The position numbers and the translations under genes are program-made. Positions 49,030 through 58,101 of a stretch of DNA of 64,000 bases are shown piece after piece; positions within the stretch are counted from its first letter, which is position 1, and every line of letters starts with the position of its first letter. The stretch comes from a virus (lineage: Duplodnaviria > Caudoviricetes), in IMG/VR virus record IMGVR_UViG_3300017913_001833, positions 1-64,000 of that record; one strand, written 5' to 3'. The notes beneath the pieces are model-generated. The model was given only the letters and a program-made list of their open reading frames with translations. It did not search any database and had not been told where the DNA came from.

Positions 49030-49367
49030 GAATACTAGACCTTACTGAAGAATTTGTAGATGTTGTTGTTAAAAAAGAACCAGCACCAAAGTTTACAAGT
49101 TATGAACTTGCTCTTATGGAAGGTGGACATAGTATAGAACAAGAGCCTGTAGAAAGATCACAGAGCGATTTGTATACACAATTAGAAAACTTTGCTGACG
49201 GTAAGAAGAAAGGCAAAAGTCGTCCAGGGCGTGTAAAACGTTCAGGTGCTAGTTGTAAAGGAAGCGTAACAAGCCTACGCAAGAAGGCAAAAAAAGCAAG
49301 TGGTGAACGTGCTAAAATGTATCACTGGTGTGCAAACATGAAATCCGGAAGGAAAAAGAAAAAATGA
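49026..49367 (+). CDS. Hypothetical protein with basic C-terminal domain
   Basis: MRILDLTEE leader; ENFADGK..PG..WCANMKSG. Confidence 0.7.
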   Translation: MRILDLTEEFVDVVVKKEPAPKFTSYELALMEGGHSIEQEPVERSQSDLYTQLENFADGKKKGKSRPGRVKRSGASCKGSVTSLRKKAKKASGERAKMYHWCANMKSGRKKKK

Positions 49368-49894
49368 AAATATTTGAAGTAACAGATAGTGCAGGTACTA
49401 ACCATGCAGGCAATATGACCAATGACCAAATGGTTCAAAAAGCAAAGACTGTAAAGGCAAAACTAGACAAAGCAGAGGCTACTGGAGATGCTGACCTGTT
49501 GTTTAGCACTGGAGCGGATTTGGGTGAACTGTTAATGAATAACCTGTATCCTAAAATGCTTAAATTTACAGATATTATGTTAATAAGAATGGAAAAAGAG
49601 GCACGTAAAAATCCTGATAATCCAGGATGGCAAGAATTTATGAAAGAACTAGGTCCTCTAAAAGCAAAACTAGCTCAACAAAAGAAGGAACTTATGAAGA
49701 AAGGCATGCCATTAGGACGTCAAGATGTAGGTGAAACAACAGCAGGTGCAGTAGCAAGTGTAGCACAGCCTATGGGCAAAATGATGAGCCGTAACATGTA
49801 TAACGCAGACGGTACAATGAAGAACGGATTAGATCACGGCAATATACTTGGTGGCCCAGCTAAGCCGAAGAAAACAAAAAAGCGCCGCGTGTAG
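49364..49894 (+). CDS. Hypothetical (putative head-internal) protein
   Basis: ATGA-coupled start MKIFEV; ETTAGAVASV motif. Confidence 0.7.
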   Translation: MKIFEVTDSAGTNHAGNMTNDQMVQKAKTVKAKLDKAEATGDADLLFSTGADLGELLMNNLYPKMLKFTDIMLIRMEKEARKNPDNPGWQEFMKELGPLKAKLAQQKKELMKKGMPLGRQDVGETTAGAVASVAQPMGKMMSRNMYNADGTMKNGLDHGNILGGPAKPKKTKKRRV

Positions 49895-49920
49895 CATAAA
49901 TATAGTAACAGGAGCATATT

Positions 49921-50241
49921 ATGAGAGACAAAGAGATAAAAGAAGGTTTAGCAGATCTAGCTCAAAAAGCTGAAATGGATCACGAAGTGCAAATGGCACG
50001 TTCAGATCTATATAAAATTGCCAAGTATGCTATTAAACTTCATGACATGTTAAAAGGTGTTAGTGAAGCACAAGGTTTAGAAGGCTGGCAACAGTCTAAA
50101 ATAACCAAAGCGGCAGACTATATGGGCAGTGTATATCATGCAATGGATTATGATATGCAGTTCGGTGAGCAAAACGAATCAGCAGAACCAACAGATTATA
50201 AAGACGGTTTAGCTAAGAAATTAGAAGAAACTAAAAAATAA
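49921..50241 (+). CDS. Hypothetical (putative head-internal) protein
   Basis: TAAATA 49897; DHEVQMARSDL..LEGWQQSKITKAADY. Confidence 0.7.
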   Translation: MRDKEIKEGLADLAQKAEMDHEVQMARSDLYKIAKYAIKLHDMLKGVSEAQGLEGWQQSKITKAADYMGSVYHAMDYDMQFGEQNESAEPTDYKDGLAKKLEETKK

Positions 50242-50507
50242 TGCGTATAGAAGATCTTTTAACAGAAGAAGACAAAGGCATTTTAGATGTAACCAAAGAC
50301 TTTTTCAAAGGTATTTGGGACAATAGAATCCCTGAAGAGCAATACAAAAAGTATTTAGACTATGCTGTTAAAAGAATGAACTATACTCGCGACAAAGATC
50401 TTGTTAAGAAGTTAGCAATTAAGTTTCCAGAACTTAAAGATAACAACACTGATCTTAATCGCATAATGAACGATATCAAACGTTTAAGACAACAAAGAGG
50501 AACATAA
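50241..50507 (+). CDS. Hypothetical (putative head-internal) protein
   Basis: MRIEDLLTE leader. Confidence 0.65.
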   Translation: MRIEDLLTEEDKGILDVTKDFFKGIWDNRIPEEQYKKYLDYAVKRMNYTRDKDLVKKLAIKFPELKDNNTDLNRIMNDIKRLRQQRGT

Positions 50508-51199
50508 TGACAGATTTGCATAAAATGAGTGCGATGATGAAGGAATTGTTTCCTAGTAATCCAGAACAAGACTTAGCAGCACTAAGGGCCGCAGCAAATG
50601 CTCCTACACAAGAAGTTGCACCCAGAGTTGACTATACAAAACAATCAGCGCAAGTACGTGATGGTTCGTTACCAATGGACAAAGACTACAGTGTAAGTGA
50701 CTTTGCTAAACTTGCCGGAGTAGTAGGCAAGCCAAGTGGTGCAGAATTACTACAGCCTGTATTTGAAGATAACACAAAAACAGCAGTAGCACATATTGAT
50801 AAAGAGCTAGAAGCTGGTGATCCTATGATTGCAGCTGGCGCACTTGAAAGAGCTGTCAAAGGCGATACTCTTACCACTATGGAAAGAGATGAACTTAAAC
50901 CTTACTTAGAATTATTTCAAAAATTAATTACCGATCCTAGTATGAGAGCAAGAATACTTGCTATGGCAGAACTACTTGCCGGAGAAGATAAAAAGACAGA
51001 TGAACGTACACTTACTAAAGGCGAAGAAAAGAAAAAAGAAAAGTATGTCAAAGGCATGAAAAGAGCCAAAGGCGACTTTCAAGATCGTTATGGTGATGAT
51101 GCTGAAGCAGTAATGTATGCAACAGCAACTAAAATGGCTAAGAAAAGTAATGAATCAATCAAACAACGTCTTTATAAAGAACTAGCAAAATACAAATAA
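50507..51199 (+). CDS. Hypothetical (putative head-internal) protein
   Basis: FAKLAG; E.LT..E..KKE..VKGMK....F..RYG.....VMYATATK module. Confidence 0.7.
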   Translation: MTDLHKMSAMMKELFPSNPEQDLAALRAAANAPTQEVAPRVDYTKQSAQVRDGSLPMDKDYSVSDFAKLAGVVGKPSGAELLQPVFEDNTKTAVAHIDKELEAGDPMIAAGALERAVKGDTLTTMERDELKPYLELFQKLITDPSMRARILAMAELLAGEDKKTDERTLTKGEEKKKEKYVKGMKRAKGDFQDRYGDDAEAVMYATATKMAKKSNESIKQRLYKELAKYK

Positions 51200-51203
51200 T
51201 GGA

Positions 51204-51704
51204 ATGCTCGCTGACAGTGTTAAGATATGGATTGAAAACTTTTTAGATAAAGCGTCACCGACACTTAATAACTTACCACCTTGCCCATTTGCTAAACAAG
51301 CACTACTCACAAACAAAATAAAAATACACGAAATCAAACCATTAGCTCATATCAGCATGAAAGATTACTTTGTTGCTGAGATGGAGAACTATACATACCA
51401 TTGGCCTAAGGGTAAAGAAGTAGTTGTACTAGGCTGTGATCCTAAATTAATATCAGCAGAAGATCTAGAAGAAAGTATTGATATAGCCACAGAAAGATTT
51501 TTAGAAAAACGCGGCTACATAGCACTAGAAGACCATCCAGATCATATAGAGCAAGTAAACGACTTGATTTTTAACCAAGGAGAGTATGCGCTTGTGCTAG
51601 TACAAGAGTTAGATAAACTTAGTAAAGCACGTAAGATATTGCAAAAACAAAATTATTACAAGAATTGGCCTGCAGAATATTACGAGGATGTAGTAGAAAG
51701 ATGA
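51204..51704 (+). CDS. Hypothetical protein (DUF1415-like PCPFA motif)
   Basis: PPCPFA, DHP motifs. Confidence 0.55.
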   Translation: MLADSVKIWIENFLDKASPTLNNLPPCPFAKQALLTNKIKIHEIKPLAHISMKDYFVAEMENYTYHWPKGKEVVVLGCDPKLISAEDLEESIDIATERFLEKRGYIALEDHPDHIEQVNDLIFNQGEYALVLVQELDKLSKARKILQKQNYYKNWPAEYYEDVVER

Positions 51705-52147
51705 TATGTAGAATAGATTTACATAAAACAAACTACAAGCAAATACCTTTTACTATGTTAACAGCAGAACACTGGCAAGAGTGCGAACAGATTTACAAAA
51801 AGTATATAGACTATCATGAAATGGAAAGTCCCCATCCTGTATTTGAAGAAGAATGGAGCCATGAATTGAAATCAGATGTGCTAGGTTACTATCATAAAAA
51901 TAAACTAGTGGCCTGGAGTTTGATTTATAAATTTCCTAGCAAGCAAACTGTGATAGCTGATCAGTTTGCTTGGGATTACGTAGACCCAAGTTTGAAATTA
52001 GGATACAAAAGCATAAGGAATGAATGTGCATATTATAAATCGCTCGGATATAGGTACTTCATACTCGGTGATGAAGATAAGTATAAACAAGAGCTTAAAG
52101 GATTTGAAATAATTACTAGGGAGTCCAATGGCGTTTTTAGTACATAA
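51701..52147 (+). CDS. ATE/Bpt-like aminoacyl-tRNA:protein transferase C-terminal (GNAT) domain protein
   Basis: YHKNKLVAWS..AWDY.DP.LKLG..SI.NE..Y.K.LG..Y..LG...YK resembles the ATE_C pattern. Confidence 0.55.
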   Translation: MICRIDLHKTNYKQIPFTMLTAEHWQECEQIYKKYIDYHEMESPHPVFEEEWSHELKSDVLGYYHKNKLVAWSLIYKFPSKQTVIADQFAWDYVDPSLKLGYKSIRNECAYYKSLGYRYFILGDEDKYKQELKGFEIITRESNGVFST

Positions 52148-52775
52148 CCTTCCCCCTGTACATGTTCTTGTACGCAAAGAATATCTTTATGACTTAGAAA
52201 AAGGACACGGAGAATACACTCCTGGAATATGGATAAGTGTGAAAAGTGTGCAAGGAAAAGCATTTTATATAGAAACACTATTACCTGAATACGGAGCATT
52301 ATTTGACAAACTTCCGATATCTGCATTTGTTTGGAAAGAAGATCATGGTGATTTACCGTTAGATAATTTACAATTATGGGATTGCTTTGACTACAACTTA
52401 ACTGTAATAAAGAAACCATTACTTAGCAGATGTGAATATTATGGAAAAGATAAACAAATACATGCAGGAGAATACATGTTTACTATTGACACATGTCATA
52501 GCGAACACAGCACAATAGATATAAACTTCAGCGAACATGATCCTGAACACAAGACATTCAATATAATTAAATTAGACAACGGACAATTCGCTGCCCAGCC
52601 AAACAATAGAATACTATGGCGTGATCAAAGCCTCATACCAGATAAACTGCAACAGCCAGATTTTAAAGTATGTTCACAAAACTATACAGTTGAAACAACA
52701 CCTAAGTGGAGTGTAGGACATACTGAAAATTGGCAATATAAAACTGAGGATGAAGAAAATGGAACTGAGTCATAA
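52128..52775 (+). CDS. Hypothetical phage protein
   Basis: GGAG RBS; LQLWDCF, AAQPNNR. Confidence 0.75.
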   Translation: MAFLVHNLPPVHVLVRKEYLYDLEKGHGEYTPGIWISVKSVQGKAFYIETLLPEYGALFDKLPISAFVWKEDHGDLPLDNLQLWDCFDYNLTVIKKPLLSRCEYYGKDKQIHAGEYMFTIDTCHSEHSTIDINFSEHDPEHKTFNIIKLDNGQFAAQPNNRILWRDQSLIPDKLQQPDFKVCSQNYTVETTPKWSVGHTENWQYKTEDEENGTES

Positions 52776-52950
52776 AGAAGTCTATAAAATGTTTTGGTGC
52801 ATGAAAGGACATTTGGAATGCACAGAAAAAACAGCAAGAGATTGCTATGAAGGATACTTCCGCAGGGCTTGGGGAAACCACGAATGGGTATATCACGAAG
52901 ACGGTTTTGAAGAAGCATACACAAAAAAGTTCTTGACAAACAACGAATAA
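52750..52950 (+). CDS. Small hypothetical protein
   Basis: Fills the gap; start uncertain (52750 or 52759). Confidence 0.55.
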   Translation: MKKMELSHKEVYKMFWCMKGHLECTEKTARDCYEGYFRRAWGNHEWVYHEDGFEEAYTKKFLTNNE

Positions 52951-52961
52951 TCAACTATAAT
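52933..52961 (+). promoter_or_regulatory. Consensus sigma70-type promoter
   Basis: TTGACA-N17-TATAAT. Confidence 0.8.
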
Positions 52962-52983
52962 TGTAGAAACTAAAGGAGTAATT

Positions 52984-53244
52984 ATGAGTGATCGCACCTA
53001 CGGCACTGAAGAAAAGCAAAAGCTAGAACGTCTTGTAAATGAAGGCGTAACAGTGTTACAAGAAATAGAAGACTTACAAGCAGGTCTTAAAGAAACTGTA
53101 AAAGCAGTAGCAGAAGAACTAGATGTTAAACCTGCACTGATCAATAAAGCAATCAAGGTTGCTAAGAATTTGGATTGGGATAAGGTACAAGACGAATTTG
53201 AAGATCTTGAAACACTTGTTGTTACAGTTGGCAAGGACAAATAG
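52984..53244 (+). CDS. dsDNA-binding protein (T4 DsbA / GapR-like)
   Basis: Short helical protein, IEDL..GLKE.VK.VAEEL.VKP..I.KAIK. Confidence 0.6.
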   Translation: MSDRTYGTEEKQKLERLVNEGVTVLQEIEDLQAGLKETVKAVAEELDVKPALINKAIKVAKNLDWDKVQDEFEDLETLVVTVGKDK

Positions 53245-53246
53245 TT

Positions 53247-53528
53247 TTGAACAAGATCAAAGAGTTTTGGATAAACAGCTATAAGAGCGATAAGATTGCA
53301 TTTGCATTTGAACTTATTTCTTTTATATTCACAGTAGCGGCAAGCCTTACACTAGCATTTAATGCTAGAGATCCTAACATGTTTGTAATCTATCCGTTCT
53401 TTTTTGTCGGATCAGTTACACAATGTTATGCCGCCGTTCGTAGAGGAGCGGCTTGGGTAATGTTATTAACTGGCTACTTTGCAATTATTAATGTATTTGG
53501 TTTTGGTGTAGCAGGAGGATTTTGGTAA
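53247..53528 (+). CDS. Three-TM membrane protein
   Basis: Hydrophobic helices. Confidence 0.65.
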   Translation: MNKIKEFWINSYKSDKIAFAFELISFIFTVAASLTLAFNARDPNMFVIYPFFFVGSVTQCYAAVRRGAAWVMLLTGYFAIINVFGFGVAGGFW

Positions 53529-54052
53529 TGCTTACAGTCAATGTGCATAAATTTAGACATCATGAACAACTTAAAGATGAAATTTTGCAGATGATTGAAG
53601 AGCGTCCAGATCCTGCAATCGATGCTAGTGATAAAATTAGCAAAAGCGATTGGCATCCTGACAAAGCAGGAATTTACACATCAAAAAACTATCAGCAGAG
53701 GTTACTACCTCTGCTTACAGAACATTGTCAGACAGCATACAAACGTGCAACGGGCTTTTGGATGAATGAAATGTGGTATCAGCAATATAGCACAGGTGAC
53801 AGCCACGATTGGCATGTACACGAGTTTTGTCATTGGACAAATGTATACTTTTTAGAACTTCCAAACGCAGATGAACGCACACAAGTATGTGATTTAGATA
53901 GAAATCCAATTGAGTATGAAGCTGAAGAAGGTGATATTATTTTCTTTCCAAGCATGTGGCTTCATCGTTCAAAACCTTTGACAGGTGGTAGGAAAACAAT
54001 TATTAGTTTTAACACTAACTTTACACATGATAGGAGATACAATCCGAGATGA
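53528..54052 (+). CDS. 2OG-Fe(II) oxygenase (TIGR02466-like)
   Basis: HDWHVH, EGDIIFFPS.W.H, K..ISFN. Confidence 0.8.
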   Translation: MLTVNVHKFRHHEQLKDEILQMIEERPDPAIDASDKISKSDWHPDKAGIYTSKNYQQRLLPLLTEHCQTAYKRATGFWMNEMWYQQYSTGDSHDWHVHEFCHWTNVYFLELPNADERTQVCDLDRNPIEYEAEEGDIIFFPSMWLHRSKPLTGGRKTIISFNTNFTHDRRYNPR

Positions 54053-54261
54053 AACCCTATCAATGGCTAGCATGGTTCAGCACAGCATGCCTTTTGGTTG
54101 CCGCAACACTAGCCGCCTTCAACGTATATCCTTATTACGTTTGGGCTTTTATTGTTAGTAACAGTTTATGGGTACTGATAGGTGTCCTATGGAAAGAAAA
54201 AAGTTTAGTGGTCCTCAATGCAGGACTAACTATTATATATGTAGCAGGTTTACTGTTATAA
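54049..54261 (+). CDS. Small three-TM membrane protein
   Basis: Hydrophobic; similar layout to 53247. Confidence 0.65.
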   Translation: MKPYQWLAWFSTACLLVAATLAAFNVYPYYVWAFIVSNSLWVLIGVLWKEKSLVVLNAGLTIIYVAGLLL

Positions 54262-54324
54262 CGCCCAAAGCCAAATGGCGGGCATGAAGAAGGTTAAGTT
54301 GGCCACAAGCAACGAGGAGAAAAA
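54262..54324 (+). promoter_or_regulatory. Structured leader / candidate translational operator of the DNA polymerase
   Basis: GCCC-AAA-GCCA-AA-TGGC-GGGC hairpin and a GTTG/CAAC stem abutting the SD GAGGAG. Confidence 0.45.
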
Positions 54325-56994
54325 ATGAGTTACGTAGACGCTTTCTTTGATCGCGATTCTGATATTATTCGTGTTGTAGAACGCAAAGATGGTAAAAGAC
54401 ATTTCCACGAATATCAAGCAAAATACACATTCTATTACAAAGACGAACGTGGCAAATACAAAAGTGTATATGGTGATCCACTAACACGTATCGTATGTAA
54501 AAACACCAAAGACTTCCGCAAAGAAGTTGCAATCAACAAAGATAAAAAACTTTTTGAAAGTGATATCAATCCAATCTTTCAATGTTTGAGTGAAAACTAT
54601 CTTAATCAAGATGCACCCAAACTTAACATTGCGTTTTTCGATATTGAGACTGACTTTGATCCAGAGCGTGGCTTTGCTGATCCAAGTGATCCTTTTATGC
54701 CAATTACATCAATATCTGTGTATTTGCAATGGATGGAAACAATGGTATGTTTGGCAGTGCCGCCTAAGTCACTAACAATGGATCAAGCAAAAGAAACACT
54801 TGCTGGCATAGACAATGTTGTATTGTTTGAAAAAGAAAGTGAAATGATTGACACGTTCTTAAACTTGATTGAAGATGCAGATATACTATCAGGTTGGAAC
54901 AGTGAAGGTTATGATATTCCGTATACTGTAAACAGAACAAGTCGCGTATTGAGTAAAGATGACACAAGACGTTTTTGTTTGTGGGGGCAGTTGCCCAAAA
55001 AACGTGAATATGAAAAGTATGGGAAAACAGCTGAAACCTATGACTTCATAGGCAGAGTGCATTTAGATAGTTTGGAATTATATCGTAAATACACATATGA
55101 AGAAAGACACACATATAGACTTGATGCTATCGGTGAAATTGAAGTTGGCGAAAACAAAGTCCCTTATGAAGGCACTTTGGATCAATTGTACAACAATGAC
55201 TTTAGAAAATTCATCGAATACAACATACAAGATACCGCACTACTGGACAAGCTGGACAAAAAACTAAGATTTATTGATCTTAGTAACAGCATTGCACACG
55301 AAAATACTGTGTTGCTACAGACCACTATGGGTGCTGTTGCAGTTACAGAACAAGGTATTATCAACGAAGCACACAACAGAGACTTGCGTGTTCCTAATCG
55401 TCCAAAGCGTGATGATGAAAGCACAGCGGCAGCTGGTGCGTATGTTGCGTTTCCTAAGAAGGGCTTGCACAAATGGATTGGCTCAATGGACTTGAACAGT
55501 CTGTATCCAAGTGTTATTAGAGCTCTTAACATGGCTCCTGAAACAATCGTTGCACAAATACGTCCAGAGATTTCCGAAGGGCGTGTACACGAAGATATAA
55601 CGCTTAAGAAGAAGTCATTTGCAGGCAGTTGGGAAGGACGTTTTAGTACAGAAGAATATGAAGCAGTTATGGAGCAACGCAAGGATATTGCACTAACTGT
55701 TGATTTTGAAAACGGCGACACTGAAGTTATGAGCGGGGCCGAACTATATAAAATAATCTTTGACAGTAACGTACCGTGGATGCTTAGTAGTAATGGCACA
55801 ATCTTTACAACAGAGTTTGAAGGTGTTATTCCGGGTATTCTAAAACGTTGGTATGCAGAACGTAAAGACATGCAGAAGATGTTAAAGAAAGCCAAAGAAG
55901 CAGAAAATCAAGCTGAGATTGAATACTGGGATAAGCGACAGCTGGTTAAGAAAATTAATTTGAACAGCTTGTATGGTGCTATTCTTAATCCTGGTTGTAG
56001 ATTCTTTGATAAACGTATTGGACAATCTACTACACTTACAGGTAGAACTATTGTTAAACATATGAGTGCTGAAGTAAACAAAGTTATCACAGGCACATAT
56101 GATCATGTTGGTGAAGCAATGATATATGGTGATACAGATTCTTGTTACTTTAGTGCATATCCAACACTACGCAGTGAAATTGACAATGGTAATATTCCGT
56201 GGAGCAAAGATAATGTAATTACACTGTATGATCAAGTGTGCGAAGCGGCTAACACAACATTTCCAGACTTTATGGCTCGTGCTTTTCATTGTCCAAAGAG
56301 CCGTTCAGATGTTATTGCCGCAGGTAGAGAAATTGTTGCTGAAAGCGGATTGTATATTACAAAGAAACGCTATGCGGCACTGGTGTATGATGTAGAAGGC
56401 TTCCGTTCGGATACAGATGGCAAGCCAGGCAAAGTAAAAGCAATGGGCTTGGACTTGCGTAGATCAGACACACCTGTGTTTATGCAAGAGTTTTTAAGTG
56501 AAGTGCTGATGATGGTACTGCAAGAAACGAGTGAAAAAGAAATACTTGATCGTATCACTGAGTTTCGTAGAGAGTTTAAACAGCGGCCTGGCTTTGAAAA
56601 AGGTGCTCCAAAACGTGCAAACAAGATTGGACACTATCAACGTCTTGAAGAGAAGCAAGGTAAAGCAAACATGCCTGGACATGTAAGAGCAAGTATCAAC
56701 TGGAACACACTCAAGCGTATGAATGGCGACAAGTATTCGCAAGAGATTGTAGATGGAATGAAAGTTATTGTATGCAAACTAAAACAAAATCCACTAGGCT
56801 ATACAAGTGTTGCGTATCCAACAGACGAACTACGTATTCCAGATTGGTTTAAAGAACTTCCATTTGATGATGACGCAATGGAGGCAACTATCATTGACAA
56901 CAAGCTAGACAACTTGATTGGTGTGTTGAACTATGATTTAGATAGCACAAAACAAAACAATACGTTTAGCAGTTTATTTGATTTTGGAGGTTAA
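54325..56994 (+). CDS. polB: Family B DNA polymerase (gp43-like) with 3'-5' exonuclease
   Basis: DIET, WNSEGYD, YNIQD; DLNSLYPS, KINLNSLYG, YGDTDS, KKRY. Confidence 0.96.
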   Translation: MSYVDAFFDRDSDIIRVVERKDGKRHFHEYQAKYTFYYKDERGKYKSVYGDPLTRIVCKNTKDFRKEVAINKDKKLFESDINPIFQCLSENYLNQDAPKLNIAFFDIETDFDPERGFADPSDPFMPITSISVYLQWMETMVCLAVPPKSLTMDQAKETLAGIDNVVLFEKESEMIDTFLNLIEDADILSGWNSEGYDIPYTVNRTSRVLSKDDTRRFCLWGQLPKKREYEKYGKTAETYDFIGRVHLDSLELYRKYTYEERHTYRLDAIGEIEVGENKVPYEGTLDQLYNNDFRKFIEYNIQDTALLDKLDKKLRFIDLSNSIAHENTVLLQTTMGAVAVTEQGIINEAHNRDLRVPNRPKRDDESTAAAGAYVAFPKKGLHKWIGSMDLNSLYPSVIRALNMAPETIVAQIRPEISEGRVHEDITLKKKSFAGSWEGRFSTEEYEAVMEQRKDIALTVDFENGDTEVMSGAELYKIIFDSNVPWMLSSNGTIFTTEFEGVIPGILKRWYAERKDMQKMLKKAKEAENQAEIEYWDKRQLVKKINLNSLYGAILNPGCRFFDKRIGQSTTLTGRTIVKHMSAEVNKVITGTYDHVGEAMIYGDTDSCYFSAYPTLRSEIDNGNIPWSKDNVITLYDQVCEAANTTFPDFMARAFHCPKSRSDVIAAGREIVAESGLYITKKRYAALVYDVEGFRSDTDGKPGKVKAMGLDLRRSDTPVFMQEFLSEVLMMVLQETSEKEILDRITEFRREFKQRPGFEKGAPKRANKIGHYQRLEEKQGKANMPGHVRASINWNTLKRMNGDKYSQEIVDGMKVIVCKLKQNPLGYTSVAYPTDELRIPDWFKELPFDDDAMEATIIDNKLDNLIGVLNYDLDSTKQNNTFSSLFDFGG

Positions 56995-56995
56995 T

Positions 56996-57859
56996 TTGAA
57001 TATAGAAAAATTACATAATTTTGGAATATGCATTACTAATATAGATTATAATAGTAAAGAGCAGGCTCAGCAAGTAGGTAACTATGTAGCAAAAGAAAAA
57101 ATTGTTTGCATAAAAAACAGCGAAGCAGTAGATCCAGGTGTGCTAGTAAAATTTTATAAAAACATAGGTAGAGTTGCAGCACAAAATGAAAAAGTTACTG
57201 GAAGCGGAGTAGGCGGTTATGGAGAACTAGTTCAAGTAAAATCAGATGGCTTATTCCAAGGTAAGGATGACGGTGAATTAGTTTGGCATAACGCAATTAT
57301 GCAAAAGTCTGATGCAGAAAATGTTGTAGGTATGTATATGCATCATCTAGCAGAATCAGGTGGCGACACATATTTTAGTAATTCTCAACTAGCATACGAA
57401 GACTTAGATCAAACATTAAAAGAAAAACTAGATATAACAGAAAGTAAAACAATTTACTATCCTCTTAAAGATGATATACTTTCAGACCTTGCACAAAAAA
57501 GTCATATAAAAGAAATATTTCCTGACTTTGATACATTTAAAGAATGGAAAGATATAGATGGCAATTTAGTTTATACAAAACAAGTAAAATCAAAACCTCT
57601 TGTAACAGAACATCCAGTAACAAAATCAAAAGGACTGTATTTTCCTTTCCTTAATCTGAGAGGTTTTGTAGGAATGCCAAAGGCAGAAAGCAATGAGTTA
57701 TTTGACTTTTTGAAGAATCATATATTGAAAGAAAAATATGTGTACAGACACAAGTGGTCTAAATATGATATATGTTTAAGTGACCAAATACACAGTTTAC
57801 ACAAGCGTGATGCATATACAGGCTTTAGAGAATTATGGAGGGCTGGAATCTGGACATGA
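56996..57859 (+). CDS. TauD/TfdA-like dioxygenase with atypical metal motif
   Basis: WHNA, GGDTYF, HPVT, HKW..YD....D..HSLHKR, RELWR; GGAGG RBS before TTG 56996. Confidence 0.75.
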   Translation: MNIEKLHNFGICITNIDYNSKEQAQQVGNYVAKEKIVCIKNSEAVDPGVLVKFYKNIGRVAAQNEKVTGSGVGGYGELVQVKSDGLFQGKDDGELVWHNAIMQKSDAENVVGMYMHHLAESGGDTYFSNSQLAYEDLDQTLKEKLDITESKTIYYPLKDDILSDLAQKSHIKEIFPDFDTFKEWKDIDGNLVYTKQVKSKPLVTEHPVTKSKGLYFPFLNLRGFVGMPKAESNELFDFLKNHILKEKYVYRHKWSKYDICLSDQIHSLHKRDAYTGFRELWRAGIWT

Positions 57860-58101
57860 GTGAAGAACAGAAACTGATACTGATTACTGACTTCATTGAG
57901 CAGAAGTTACGTAAAGAAAAAGAATTAGAATTTTATCTCAAAGAGCTCGAAGAATTGCAACGAAAGATAGGATACTTGCGTCAAGAAGTTAGTCTTACAA
58001 ATACAATTATTACAATGATCAAAACAGAACAAGTATATGATATAAAAGAAAATATGATAGAAAGAGATAACATTATAAAATTGCCAGAGGAAGATAAATG
58101 A
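57856..58101 (+). CDS. Coiled-coil hypothetical protein
   Basis: ATGA-coupled ORF. Confidence 0.7.
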   Translation: MSEEQKLILITDFIEQKLRKEKELEFYLKELEELQRKIGYLRQEVSLTNTIITMIKTEQVYDIKENMIERDNIIKLPEEDK

